From: Mobula hypostoma
Taxonomy: Eukaryota
Assembly: GCF_963921235.1 (NCBI RefSeq)
Contig: NC_086097.1
Span: forward strand, 142,974,001 to 143,038,000
DNA: 64,000 bases
Direction of reading: 5' to 3'
Within the stretch, counting starts at the first letter, position 1; each line of letters starts with the position of its first letter. Position numbers and translations under genes: made by a program. The notes beneath the pieces were generated by a model that saw only the letters and a program-made list of their open reading frames with translations, ran no database searches and was not told where the DNA came from. Shown here one piece after another: positions 15,667 through 29,646 of the stretch.

Positions 15667-15830
15667 CTGGCTGGTGGCGTAGTGGCATCAGTGCCGGACT
15701 TCAGGACGAAAGGTCCCGAGTTCGAATCCAGCCAGCTCCCCTGCACGCTTTCCATTCGTGCTGGGTTACGAGCTGGTGATCTCTTTGGAATCTCACCCGG
15801 CAGAAGGCAATGGCAAACCACAGCTGTAAT
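15667..15830 (+). mobile_element. tRNA-derived SINE fragment inserted in a CR1 remnant
   Basis: Pol III A box TGGCGTAGTGG (15675-15685) and B box GAGTTCGAATCC (15718-15729); no complete tRNA acceptor stem. Confidence 0.75.
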
Positions 15831-16600
15831 TTGAGGGATTTTAAAAAAACACCTGAGAGTGAGTACAAGATTGCAACATTTAAGAAGCATTTGGATAGGT
15901 ATAGGAGAGACGAGGCTTGTAAGGTTAGGAGCCAAATGCAGGCAACTGGCAGGGAGAATGCTGTGCGTGGCGTGGACCAGTTGGGTTGAAAAATGCAGTA
16001 TTACTCTTATGAAATTGCACTTCCTGGTTAAGGAGTACAAACAGAATAACAGTTACATGGTCTAAGTGTGCAGCACACCACTGGTCTATGTCATGCACTA
16101 TTTCTGAAATTATTTTTTAAAATTTTCTTTACCAAATTTTGAAATCAGAGTACAAGCATGGAACTGAAACTCGATTGCTTGTTTGGAGCTAGAAAGCCAG
16201 AACAAATTTCTGCTTTACACATCTCTAAGGATATTTCAGTATGATGAATCTGAATCAGAATCAGCCTTAATATTACTGGTATGCCATGAAATGTGTTGTT
16301 TTGAGGCAGCAGTGAATTGCAATACATTGTAGTAAAACCATAAATTACAGTAAGTGTATATAAGTAAATAAAATTAGTGCAAAAAGGCAGGAGAAAATAT
16401 GGTGTAAGTGTTCATGGGTTCATTGTCCATTCAGAAATCAACTATAAACTTTAAAGTGGATAAATACTGTACTTCAAAGGAAAGATTTTCAGGGCTTTGG
16501 AGAAAGGACACAGCAGTGGGGTTCATTTGGCAGTTTTTTCCCCAAAGAGCCTGTATCGGCTCAATGGGCAAAATGTGACAGTCATTGACATCCCAATTCA

Positions 16601-16771
<171 letters not shown>

Positions 16772-17634
16772 TTACTTGCACAACATTATTACGTGAACTT
16801 TCTTTATGCATTAATTGGTCGGGTGAAAAGGAGAGCATGAATGGATACGGTAGAGTGGGTATTTTATTTCCTTGCTTATTTACACAAGGCACATTTACCA
16901 CTGAAACTAGTAAGGGTTGCTGGAACAGTTTTTCTCTGCCATAAATGCTATATCAAGCACTACATGTTTGCTTTTGCACATCTTAAGGTTTTGAAAGATG
17001 CTACAAGAATAAAAAGGTTTGCTTTACTTCAGATCTAAACAGGAATTATCTTGCTCAATATGTTCACACAAGTGACATTGGTGCAGTCTTGTCAGATTTT
17101 TGCAGTGATATTCATATCCCAGAGTGTTCACACATACAGTACCACCTCTCCTTCCTATTTTCCACATTGTCAGTAGGTTTTCTTTAGTATTGCTGCAGAT
17201 GCCATCACCTAGGCCAGACAGTGCTAACAGCGGAATATTCTTTATGGTAGACAGCCATTTTCAAGTTAAGAAAAAAACAAGTTCAATGTATTGAGGTCAT
17301 ACCACAATGTATCAAGATCATATCTTACTTCAATCAGCTCTTAAAGGTACATTCACACTCATACACAATATACCTGCGACATATCATGCAAGCCATTGCT
17401 TGTCCTTAGAATCACAGCTACTGTGGGAAACAGGCTGTGATATATGGACAAATTTTGACATCACTCTGCTGACGTTCATTATTCAAACTGAAGAGAACAC
17501 TACTGAATAAAAGGAAGAGAGGCAGTTTTGAGGCAGGAAGACTCAACATCCATTGTGTTGTTCAACTGTGATAATATTCTCATTGAAATAGGAGATTGGG
17601 GGTTCATAGTTCAAAACCAAGACTCCCAGACAAA

Positions 17635-17759
17635 AACAACAGGAATTCTGCAGATGCTGGAAATTCAAGCAACACACATCAAAGTTGCTGGTGAACGCAG
17701 CAGGCCAGGCAGCAGCTCTAGGAAGAGGTACAGTCGACGTTTCAGGCCGAGAAGGGTCT
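17635..17759 (-). mobile_element. Penelope-like terminal-repeat fragment, broken inside the hammerhead
   Basis: Near-identical to 39163-39280; ends ggccgaga then agggtct. Confidence 0.8.
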
Positions 17760-18692
17760 GAAAGTCATTAATAGGGGAATAGTATTTATAAAACAACTAA
17801 AGGACAATGAACACATTAAACTCCTCTCTTCACTGTACTTAGATGTAAAAGGATCTGCATTTTTTGGACATAGCATAGGGGAGCTCTCTCTCATTTGTAC
17901 TACCCAATATATACCTCATGATAGATGTCGTAGAAACAGATGTTTCTGATTCAAAAATAAGAAGAAATATGCTGGAAACACTGAACAGGTTGGGCAGCGT
18001 CCGTGGAAAGAGAAACAAAGTTGGTGCTTCGTGTGAGAATTGACAAGCTATCTTTTGTATACTACATACAACCTTGAGTTTTGTCTCCTTACAGGCAGCC
18101 ACAAAACAAAGAAACCCGATAGAACCCGATAGAAAAAGAGAAGACCATCAAACACCCAATGTGCAGAACAAAAAACAAATTGTGCCAACAATAAAAGTAA
18201 GCAAATAGCATTCAGAACTGAAGTTCACAAAGGTGAGTCACAGTCACGAAGCCAGTCATCAGTGCAGTCGATTCAGGAGCCTATTAGCTCACAGCATCAG
18301 TTCAGCACAGAGAAGAGTAAACCTTGCAGGGCAGCAAGCTGAACTGACCCATCCTTCCCCTCCGGCCTCTACATCTTGACCTTTTCAAGTTGGCCCGGCA
18401 CTCAAATTGGCCAAATCCCAGGTTCTTCCATGCTCTCAGACCAGAGCCCTGCCACTTTGATAGGCTCTCGGGCCCGAGCCCATACTTTTATTGCAGTTCC
18501 ACACCAGAATGGTTAATATCCTCAGCAATGGTTAAATTGTATTAAACCACTTCCTACAATGGCTTGAAGATGACCTGGTACTATGTCCTCATGGCAATTA
18601 GAGATTGACAGTAACCTTCAGCTTTACCAGAAATAAGTCACATTTCAAAAACTGAAACCTAAAAATAACCCAAACCACATCCCAATTAATTA

Positions 18693-18998
<306 letters not shown>

Positions 18999-19639
18999 TC
19001 AACTTGTACGATATCCTGATTTGGAAACAGATTGCCAATCCAATCCTTCATGAACACTCGTTCCTGAAGAACACTGGGAATATGTTCATTAATTGTACCT
19101 CAGCACTTCAGAATGTATCGTCACCTTTTCAAGGGCAATTAGGTATGGGCATTGAATACTGGCCTAGGCAGCTATGCACTAATTCTTTATAAAAATTGAG
19201 CGTAGTTCATTGATGTCAACAAAACAGATTTTCTGGAAAGAACGCAGGGTGCAATCTTTGCTTCTTTTAGCATTTAGCCTGCGTGACTGCACAAATTTTT
19301 ATCCTGATGTTGGTAATGATCAATTAACTAAGACTGAATTCTCTCTCAGGAGATATAAAAGTTTCAAAAGTACCACTTTGAGAGTAACAGGGTGCTTCCA
19401 TTTGGTATTCATCCATCAACCATCTTCTCTAATCTTAAATTCATCCAAAAGATCCACTGTCAGGTGCTAACCACGTTGCTTTCTGAGATCCCAATACTCC
19501 AAAATTCCGCTGTTTTTTGAGGATTATCACCACTCCAGCAATGATTAATTTTCCCCAAGAATGTGTTATAATTCAGGAACACTGGCCTGGCTTGTGAAGA
19601 AGTCCATGATTTCTGAAACTGGATTCAGGAATTATCACA

Positions 19640-19857
19640 CTGGACATTATTTAAGGAAAGAGAGGGAGAGCAAAAAGGAGACAGAAGGAGCACGAAGAAG
19701 GGAGGGCAAGAAAGGAAGAGTGCAAAATAAAGGGAGACTGAGGAGTGAGAGAGAAAGAGAGGGAGACAAAGGGAGAAATGGAGAGTGAGAAAAAGAGAAA
19801 GGGAGAATAATGTAGGGGAGAGGGGAGAGAGAGGGGGGAGAGGGGGAGGGGGAGAGT
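19640..19857. repeat. Purine-rich (GA) low-complexity tract
   Basis: Almost exclusively G and A on the + strand. Confidence 0.85.
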
Positions 19858-21123
19858 AGTCTTTTCACTATAAAACAGTCATCAGTCAGTTATCAAGAGT
19901 ATGGTAACAGTGGGATAGAAGCTGTCCTTGTGTCTGGTGGTCCATGCAGAAGGCATCTGATAAAATTATTTTCAAGATTATTCAAAGAATTGTAATTGCA
20001 TGGGATTAAATCTAACTTTGTGACATAGGTTCTGATTGATGGGATACTACCCCCATGTATCTACATTGTAGCTCCAAAATACATTAATATCAAAATTACT
20101 CAGATAAAGAATGCAGAATATAAAAACTTGCAAAGGCTTTCTTTGTCAAAGCCACAAGGTACATCAGGTGCATGGGGACAATAGGATTTATAGATCGTAA
20201 ACAGATCAAGTGCAAGGGAAAAATAATAGCAAGTAGAGTTCAACTTGAAAATGTGAGATCTTTGGGTCCAAGAGAAGTAACTTGGAATACATTTTATTAT
20301 TTGTGAACTATAGAGGGGGTTTTTGCTTTTATACAAATCCTAGTAACATAAATAATCAGAAATGTCATCAAGTTATGGGCTTTACTTAAAGTGAATTGGA
20401 ATACAAAAGTAAGGAAGTAATGCTTTAGTGTCCAAAGCTTTGATTAGTTTCCGTATAGAGAAATGCAATCAGTTTTAGAGGCTGCACCTCAGAGATGATA
20501 TATTGGCAGTGCAGATTCATCACAATAATAGAAACCATAGAAAAACTACAGCACAGAAACAAGGCCTTTTGGCCCTTCCTGGCTGAGCCGAACCATTTTC
20601 AGCCTAGTCCCACTGACCTATAGAAACCATAGAAAAACTACACCACAGATATTTTAAATGGATAAATTGCAAAGACAGATCTGTAGAGATGGCTTGCATA
20701 CCCTCAAGCTTATTATCTGAAGCAGAAGTAGTTAAAATGATATGGAGAAAATATTTCCTCTGTTGGGGAAAACCAGAGCCGAAAATCACAAATTTTAAAA
20801 TAGAAATCAAGTACTCTGAAGTGTAAACAAGAAGCATTTTCCTACAAAAAAAACTAGAGAAGTCAATAAAAATTCTTCTTCAGAAGGCTGATCAATCAAA
20901 ATTGTTTTTTGTTGACAAATAGAGATCAATAGAGTTTCAGTATAGATCAGCTACAATCTTGATGAATAGTAGTAAAAGCGGAGTCCAAATTCCTACATCA
21001 CCCTTACTGAATCTTGATTCAGGTGAAGCACGGCTTTGAAATGCTAGCCTGGAGAATGCAATCAAATCCAAATCACTGGAATGGGAATGACAATTGGAAC
21101 AATTAGTTACTATTGAAACATCA

Positions 21124-21345
<222 letters not shown>

Positions 21346-21809
21346 CTAGTAATTCAATCCAGATTAGCAGTAGCACATCATCAAAACACTGAACCCTAAA
21401 GTTAAATGCATGCAAACTTTACTTTTATCCCAAGCAAGCTGCTGCTAAGGCCATGTTATAAATCAATTGCATTTTGATCAATTTCTGCACGTCAATGAAA
21501 CAGTGTCAAAATATGACACAGTTACTCATATTTACTCGGTTCCTATATGCCAGCAGATTCTGCTGTCTCTGGTGCTTTTATATTTTAAAGATGCATTGGA
21601 TGATAGTTCTTTAAAATTGAAAGGGAGGATTAAGAGCACCAACATCTTATAAAGAAGTCAGTAAAAAGGAAATAAGCTGAAAACGTTATGCCATGTTGGA
21701 AAGTAGAACAGAAAGAAATGATACAGGAAATGGAGATATCCACTATGAAGTTTAGTTTGCTTACTGGTTGATAGCAGCAACATTACTCGAGACATCCGGG
21801 TATCATTCC

Positions 21810-22215
21810 ATAAGACCATTAGACAAAGGTGCAAAATTAGGCCATTCAGCCTATTGAGCTTGCTCCACCATTCTATCACGGCTGAATTATTATTCCTCTC
21901 AACCCCATTTTCCTGCCTTCTTCCTGAAATCTCTGATACACTTACAAATCAAAAATCTACCAATCTCTTCTTTAAATATACCAAATGACCTGGCCTCCAT
22001 AGCCATCTGTGGTAATGAATTCCACAATTCACCCACCATCCAGCTAAAGAAATTTCTCTTCACCTCTGTTCTAAAGGGACATCCCCCTTTTCTGGTACTA
22101 TGACGTCTGGTCCTAGACTATAGGAAACATCCTCCCCACATCCACTCTAGGCATTTCAATATTCGACAGGTTTAAAGGAGATCCTGCTCATTCTTCTAAA
22201 CTTCAGCAAGTACTG
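21810..22215 (-). mobile_element. CR1-clade LINE 3' end fragment
   Basis: Same 3' UTR as 61828-62230 (cataagac...ggccattcagcc...gctccaccatt). Confidence 0.75.
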
Positions 22216-23342
22216 TTCTAGGGTGTTTTTTAAAAAATCATTTTCAGGATGTGGGTGTCTCCGGTAAGACATGAAGCTATTTCTGTGGTTGCATGATAAA
22301 ATAGAGCTGTGAAGCAACCTGACGTAATGAAGTGTTTTTCAAGTCACTCTAAGTGAAGCTAAAGTTACAGATTGTTGTGTGAGCAGTCAGTTATTTGGTC
22401 AGATCAGCGATAAATCAGCATGAATAATCATCTGGGTTTTTTCATAACTATCTGACAACTTCAAGCTCCGAAAAACTGGGCTGTTTATTTCAGGATTTTA
22501 AAAATCAAGATCAAAATCAGAAACTGCTGACAACGGTGGAAAAACTTGACTGATTTCCGGCATTGGTTAAAAACTGAAGTTGTTGCAGTAGCTGAACTGA
22601 ATTTCCATTTAACTTAACTGCGCCCACCCCCCCCATCCTTTTCTACCCCTCCAGGAAAAAAGTCTGCTCTTAAACTGAAAGGAGATACTGTAACATTTAT
22701 CTTTGACCCTATTGGGAAGAGGCCAAGGTTAATACGGTTGGCAACAGCCAATCCTGGATCAGTGCCAGAATAGCGAACTAAACATGAACATAGGTCATTT
22801 GTTGTGAGTATGTGAAGAGTAGACTATGGCTGAAGCATCATTTCTACTGACTTTCATGCAATACCAGTGTCATCGTAGAGACTGATAGATTTGAGGCCAT
22901 TTTGCAGACAGAGAAAGCAAACTAAAAATGACTGTTAGAATCCCTGCTTTGCAAAGAAAAAAAATCTGGTCATTGTTTTAGTGCTGCTTGTGATCTCTTG
23001 TCATGTGCCAACTGACATCTGAATTACTTTATTGTGTGTACACAGTTTGCAATATCCTGAAATTATTAAAAATTTCAAAATTCTAAATCTCCTTTAACAT
23101 CCTTGCCTGTGCCAAGAGTTCAATCCTTTTCGTTCCAGAGTTCGATCCTTTTTGTCCTTATGTCCCAAGATCTTGGATTTTCATTGGATATTTAGTGCAT
23201 TCTTTATTTACTTACTAGAATGTGAAAAGAGGCCATATAATCTACTGAATCCACCTAGACCAATCCCATTAGACTAGATTGGGTTTCAGCATTTTGGATA
23301 CAGCCTCTATGAACACAGATGTTTCACTGATCAAACACTTAC

Positions 23343-23463
23343 TGGTTGTTAAGAAAAACCAGGTCTTCATCTCCAAGCTGATCATCTTCCAGCTCACTAA
23401 CTTTAGCCTCCTTTGCTACAGCCAGTGGTAGAGATTCTGGTGGGGTTCTTGCCTGATCACTAC
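23343..23463 (-). CDS. NBEAL2: NBEAL2 exon (GSDQARTPPESLPLAVAKEAKV...FLNN), 121 nt
   Basis: cttcatag acceptor, CA|gtaagt donor, phase 1/2. Confidence 0.9.
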
Positions 23464-23789
23464 CTATGAAGAATCAAAAAGAATCATTCAATTTAGAATT
23501 CACCAACATTGCAACATTCATCAAATGCAACACTTCAATTCTGTTGTAATTAAGGACTTGGGTGCTTCTGCATGTGTTGTAGCCGCTTTCCTTCTACTTG
23601 AATCACTTCAGGATAGATGCTGTTAAAAGTCTTTGAGCAGTGTGATTCACTGCAGAGCTTGGTGAGGTATCAAAGTAGGCTACGTGGAGTCATTTAGTTA
23701 GTTCTGAGATTCTGATGCTGGGGCAAACTTGAAATATAATGTTATGAGGTTAAAAACAGTTGCTATGTTTCTTGCAATATTTGCTTATT

Positions 23790-26700
23790 AGACCATATGA
23801 CAGTGAGACATCAGAGCAGAATTAAGCCATTCAGTCCATCAGGTTTTTCCACCATTCACTCATGAATGATTTATTACTCCTCTCAACCCCATTCTCTTGC
23901 CTTTTCCCCATAACTTTTGACACCCTTACTAATCAAGAACCTATCAAGCTCTTATTTAAATGTACCCAATGAATTCAAAGTTCTAAGTTCAAAGTCCAAA
24001 GTAAATCTATTATCAAAGTACATATATTTCACCACTATATCCCACCTTGAGATTCATTTCTGCAGACGTTCATAGTACCGCAGAGAAATACAATAAAATC
24101 AATAAAAAACCACACACAAGCGGAGACTGACAAACAATAGTCATAGTCATACTTTATTAATCCCGGGGGAAATTGGTTTTCGTTACAGTTGCTCCATAAA
24201 TAATAAATAGTAATAGAACCATAAATAGTTAAATAGTAATATGTAAATTATGCCAGTAAATTATGAAATAAATCCAGGACCAGCCTATTGGCTCAGGGTG
24301 TCTGACCCTCCAAGAGAGGAGTTGTAAAGTTTGATGGCCACAGGCAGGAATGACTTCCTATGACGCTCAGTGCTGCATCTCGGTGGAATGAGTCTCTGGT
24401 TGAATGTACTCCTGTGCCCAACCAGTACATTATGTAGTGGATGGGAGACATTGTCCAAGATGGCATGCAACTTAGACAACATCCTCTTTTCAGACACCAC
24501 CGTCAGAGAGTCCATTTCCATCCCCACAACATCACTGGCCTTACGAATGAGTTTGTTGATTCTGTTGGTGTCTGCTACCCTCAGCCTGCTGCCCCAGAAC
24601 ACAACAGCCAACATGATAGCACTGGCCACCACAGACTCGTAGAACATCCTCAGCATCGTCCGGCGGATGTTAAAGGACCTCAGTATCCTCAGGAAATAGA
24701 GACGGCTCTGACCCTTCTTGTAGACAGCCTCAGTGTTCTTAGACCAGTCCAGTTTATTGTCAGTTCGTATCCCCAGGTATTTTGTAATCCTCCACCATGT
24801 CCACACTGACCCCCTTGATGGAAACAGGGGTCACTGGTATCTTAGCTCTCCTCAGGACTACCACCAGCTCCTTAGTCTTTTTCACATTAAGCTGCAGATA
24901 ATTCTGCTCACACCATGTGACAAAGTTTCCTACCGTAGCCCTGTACTCAGCCTACCGTAGCCCTGTACTCAGCCTCATCTCCCTTGCTGATGCATCCAAC
25001 TATGGCAGTGTCATCCGAAAACTTCTGAAGATGACAAGACTCTGTGCAGTAGTTGAAGTGTGAGGTGTAAATATGCAATAGAAGACAAACTGGGCAAATA
25101 GTAAGAAACTTAAGTAAATAAATAAATAATACTGAAAGCATGAGTTGCAGAGACAATGAAAGTGAGCCCATAGGTTTTGGAACCAGTGACGTATCCATGC
25201 TGGCTGAAGAGTCCGATGGTTAAAAGGAAATACCTACTGCTAAACCTGGTGGCGGGGGACCTAGGACTTGGCTTCCACAGCTTTCTGTGGCAATGAATTC
25301 CATAGATTTGCCACTCTCTAGCTAAAGAACGTTCTCCTCATCTTTGTTCTAAAGGGGTGCATTTGCATTGAGTCTGTGCTCTCTGGTCCTAGACCACCAC
25401 ACCATACCCCCTCCTCCCAAAACTGGAAACATTCTCTCCATGTCCACTCCATCTAGGCCTTTCAATGTTCTATAGGTTTCAATGAAATTCCCCCATCCTT
25501 CTTTGAAACTCCAGTGAGTACAGGCCCGAAGCCATCAAACAGTCCTAATACATTAACCCTTTCATACCTGGGATCATTCTCTTAAACCTCCTTTGAACCC
25601 TTTCCAATGTCAGCACATCCTTTCTCAGATAAGAGGTCCCAAACTGCTCACAATATTCCAAGTGTGGTCTAAACAATGTCTTATAAATTCTCAACGTTAC
25701 ATCCCTGCAGTTATAATCTAGCCCTCTTGTAATGAATGCTAACATTGCATTTGCCTTCCCTACCATTGACTCAACCTGCAAGTAAATCTTTAGGGAATCT
25801 TATATGAGGACTCTTATGTCCTTTTGCACCTCCAATTTTTGAATTCACTCTCCATTTATAAAATAGTCTCTGCCTTTATTCCTTCTGCAAAAAGTGCATG
25901 ACCTTACACTTCTCTACACTGTGTTCCATCTGCTATATCTTTGCCCATTCTCCTAATTTGTCCAAGACCTTCAGCAGATTTCCTACTTCCTCAACACTAC
26001 CTACCCTCCCACTTATCTTTGTATTGCCTGCAACTGGGCTACAAAGCTATCAATTCAATCGTCCACATCACTGAAGTAAAAGTTGAAAAGAAGCAGTTCC
26101 AACACCAACTCCTGTGGAACACCACTAGTCACTGGTAGCCAAACAGAAAAAGTTCCCTTTATTCCTACTCTATGCTTCCTACCAGTCAGCCAATCTTCAT
26201 TCATGCTAGTATCTTTCTTGTAAACCATGAGCTCTAACCTTGTTTAACAGTCTCATGCGCAGCACCCTTCAAAGGCCATCTGAAAATCCAAGTAAACAAC
26301 ATCCACTAACTCTTCTTTGTCTATCCTGCCTGTTATTTCCTCTAAGAATACCAACAGATTTGTCAGGCAAGATTTCCTCAAGAAAACCATGCTGACTTCG
26401 GCCTATTTCTAGCTATCTATTTATTTATTTATCAACATGCAGCACAGAGTAGGCATTCTGGCCCTTCAAGCTGGCATGCTGCTGCTGTATTCCACAGTGA
26501 AGACTGATGCAAAATACTTGTTCAATTTGTCCACCATTTCTTGTCCCCAATTACTACCTCTTCAGCATAATTTTCCAGCAGTCCACTATCTATTCTTGCC
26601 TTTCTTTCACTCTTTTTACTTCATATCTGACACAAACTTTGCTATCCTCTTTTATATTATGGGCCAGCTTACCTTCATTTTTCACCTTTTCTTCCCTTAT

Positions 26701-26875
26701 TGTTTTTTATGTTGCCTTTTCTTGGTTTTTAAAAGCAGCTCAATCCTCCAGCTTCCCACTAATTTTTGCGATATCTATGCTACCCCTTTTGCTTTGATGC
26801 TGTTTATTATTTCTCTGGTCAGCCATTGTTGCCTCATCCTCCCTTTAGAATGTTTCTTCTTCTTTGAGATGAAGA
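23790..26875 (-). mobile_element. CR1-clade LINE fragment interrupted by nested insertions (about 23973-25262)
   Basis: 3' UTR at 23790-23972 resumes at about 25266 (acttggcttccacagc); ORF2 remnant RPHLEYCEQF at 25545-25781. Confidence 0.75.
24137..25067 (-). mobile_element. Young Rex1/Babar-type LINE 3' fragment
   Basis: HLQKFSDDTAIVGCI and KYLG...RLYFLRILRSF...FYESVVASAI...HPLH; short (ATGACT)n tail; 22 bp tandem duplication at 24929-24972. Confidence 0.85.
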
Positions 26876-26891
26876 TGATAGTTAAAAATCA

Positions 26892-27161
<270 letters not shown>

Positions 27162-27178
27162 TCATCTATGTATATGTA

Positions 27179-27732
27179 CACTCAGTGTATTAGATACACC
27201 TGCACACCTGTCTGTTCATGCAAATGATCTAACCAGCCAATCATGTGGCAGCAACTCAATGCATAAAACCAAGCAGAAATGATCAAGACCAAACATCAGA
27301 ATGGGGAAGATGTGATCTAAGAGTCTTTGATCATGGAATGATTGTTGGATTGTTGGTGCCAGATAGGGTGGGTTGAGTATCTCAGAAACTGCTGATCTCT
27401 TGGGATTTTCACACACAACAGTCTCTAGAACTTACAGGGAATGGTGCAAAAAAACAAAACAAAAACACTCAGTGAGCAGCAGTTCTGTGGGTGAAAACAC
27501 TTTGTTAATGAGAGAGGTTGGAGGAGAATGGCCAGACTGGGTTCAAGATGACAGGAAGGAGACAGTAACTCAAATAATAACTTGTTATAACACTAGTGTG
27601 CAGAACAGCATCTCTGAATGTACAATATGTCGAACCTTGAAGTGGATGGAGACAGCAACAGAAGACTATGAACATACAGTCTGTGGTCATTCTATAGGTA
27701 CAGAAAGTATCTAATCAAGTGGCCACTGAGTG
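27179..27732 (+). mobile_element. Tc1/mariner-derived non-autonomous element
   Basis: Terminal inverted repeats cactcagtg / cactgagtg flanked by TA; HTH remnant SISETADLLGFSHTTVSRTYREW. Confidence 0.85.
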
Positions 27733-27979
27733 TATACGGGCATTAAATATCCAGTCATAGTGTTGTGCAGCACAGAGATAGGCCCTTCAGCTCACCATGT
27801 CCACACTAATTCCATTTTCCCACTCTAGGGTCATATTTTTTCCTACACTTTCCTATTTAACTGTCTGTCTAGATGCCTATTAAATGTAGTAATTGTATCT
27901 CATTCCACTCACCATGCTTAAAAAAAACCTGAGACATCCATTAAACTACTACACCTTACTTTGAAATTATGCCCTCATG

Positions 27980-29420
27980 TTTACCACCACTCTCCAACCC
28001 CACGTCTCTCAGGTTCCCCATCACCTCTTGGGTCCTCAGAGCCCCCATTGTCTTCCCACCCCAGCTTCCCTAAACACCCCAACCCTCCCCCCACTTCCTC
28101 TGATGCCACCAACTGTCCTCCCCTCTATGATCCTTGCTCTAATTCCTGCCATGTCTTTGCCATTCCGTCTGACATTCCCCTCTCTGAAGTAGCATATTCT
28201 GTCTCCAGCAAGGGCCTTACCTTTGTTCTTCTTCACCCGCATCTCGGTGAGTACTACTCCCACCATGACTTTGAGCTCTTCTTCCATTGCCTCCATCTCC
28301 AAGTCCACATCTTTGACAAGACTTCTCCACCCTGCACCCCTTCTCCCATCCCCAAACCTCCACCCCTTCTTGGTTCTCTGCCTGCTCTGGATCTTTTCAT
28401 CTCTCAATTGCTGATGAGACCTCAACCGGCTTGACGTCAGCACTCCTCCCCACTCTTCGAACCTTACTTCCACTGAACGTTCTTCCCTCCACTCTCTCTC
28501 TGCACAAATTCCAACCTTACCATCAAACCCACAGACAAAAGAAGGTGCTCTTGTAGTGTGGTGGACTGACATCTATCTAGATCAGGCCAGGTGACAACTC
28601 TCAGACACCTCCTCTTCCTTACCTCCTGAGAAGGAACCCACTCCGAACCATCAGAATTCTCTGACACCATCATTTACGTCATCAACTCTGGAGATCTCCC
28701 ATCCACTGCCACCATACTCATGATTCCATTACCCCGCACTGCTCATTTCTACCTCCAATCTGAGATCCACAAACCTGGCTGTCTAGGTAGGCCCATTGTC
28801 TCTGCCTACTCCTGCTCCACTGAATTTGTGTCAGTATACCTTGACTCCATTCTACCCCCTTGATTCAGTCCCCTCCCACCTACACTCATGATAGTTCACA
28901 TTCTCTCAATCTCCTTGGCCACCTTATTTTCACCACAGATGTCTAGTCCCTATACACTTCCATCCTTCATCAAGAGGCCTTAAAGCTCTCCGCTTCTTTC
29001 TCAACAGAAGAACTAACTGGTTCCCCTCCACCACCAGCCTTTTCAATCTGGCAAAACTGGTCCTCACCCTCAACAATTTCTCCTTTGGCTCCCCCCACTT
29101 TCTCCAAACTCAAAGGATAGCCAAGAGCACCTATATGGGCCCCAGTTATGCCTGCCTTTTTGTTGACTACATAGAACAGTCCATGTTCCAAGACTTCCCT
29201 GGTAATACTCCCCAAATCTTCCTGCACTACACTGGCGATTGCAATGGTGCTGGTTCATGCATTCATGCAATCTTCCTGCACTACATTGACGATTGCACTG
29301 GTGCTGCTGCTGCTTCATGCACCCATGCAATCTTCCTCCACAACACTGACGACTGAAATGGTGATGCTTCACGCACCCATGCTGACCTCAACAATTTCTT
29401 CATCTTTGCCTCCAAACTTA
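27980..29420 (+). mobile_element. Penelope-like element RT region, degraded
   Basis: SKGLTFV, IKPTDK, MGPSYACLFVDYIEQS and HYIDDC motifs, with frameshifts and stops. Confidence 0.8.
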
Positions 29421-29488
29421 GCATCTTCAAATTTCTGTGAAGGTGGTTCTGAATTGTCATATTTTTACACTTATTGATTATGACTTAC

Positions 29489-29646
29489 CGTTCTGCCCAG
29501 GCTCCACGGGGGCAGGTAAGAAGTCGCCTCAGTGAGCTCCACTGGCGAAGTACTGCTCTGTGGTGGCTGTTAATCTGCTTCAGCGTGTTGCTGTATCGAG
29601 CATTCTCACCCCTCACACGTTTCCAGAAGGGCTCCAGTATCAACTC
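29489..29646 (-). CDS. NBEAL2: NBEAL2 exon (ELILEPFWKR...PRGAWAE), 158 nt
   Basis: gtgctag acceptor, CG|gtaagt donor, phase 0/2. Confidence 0.92.

Noticed and set aside
15667..15735. Possible tRNA gene
   Set aside because: A and B boxes are present, but I could not close a cloverleaf acceptor stem and the sequence runs on into repeat body, so it is a SINE head.
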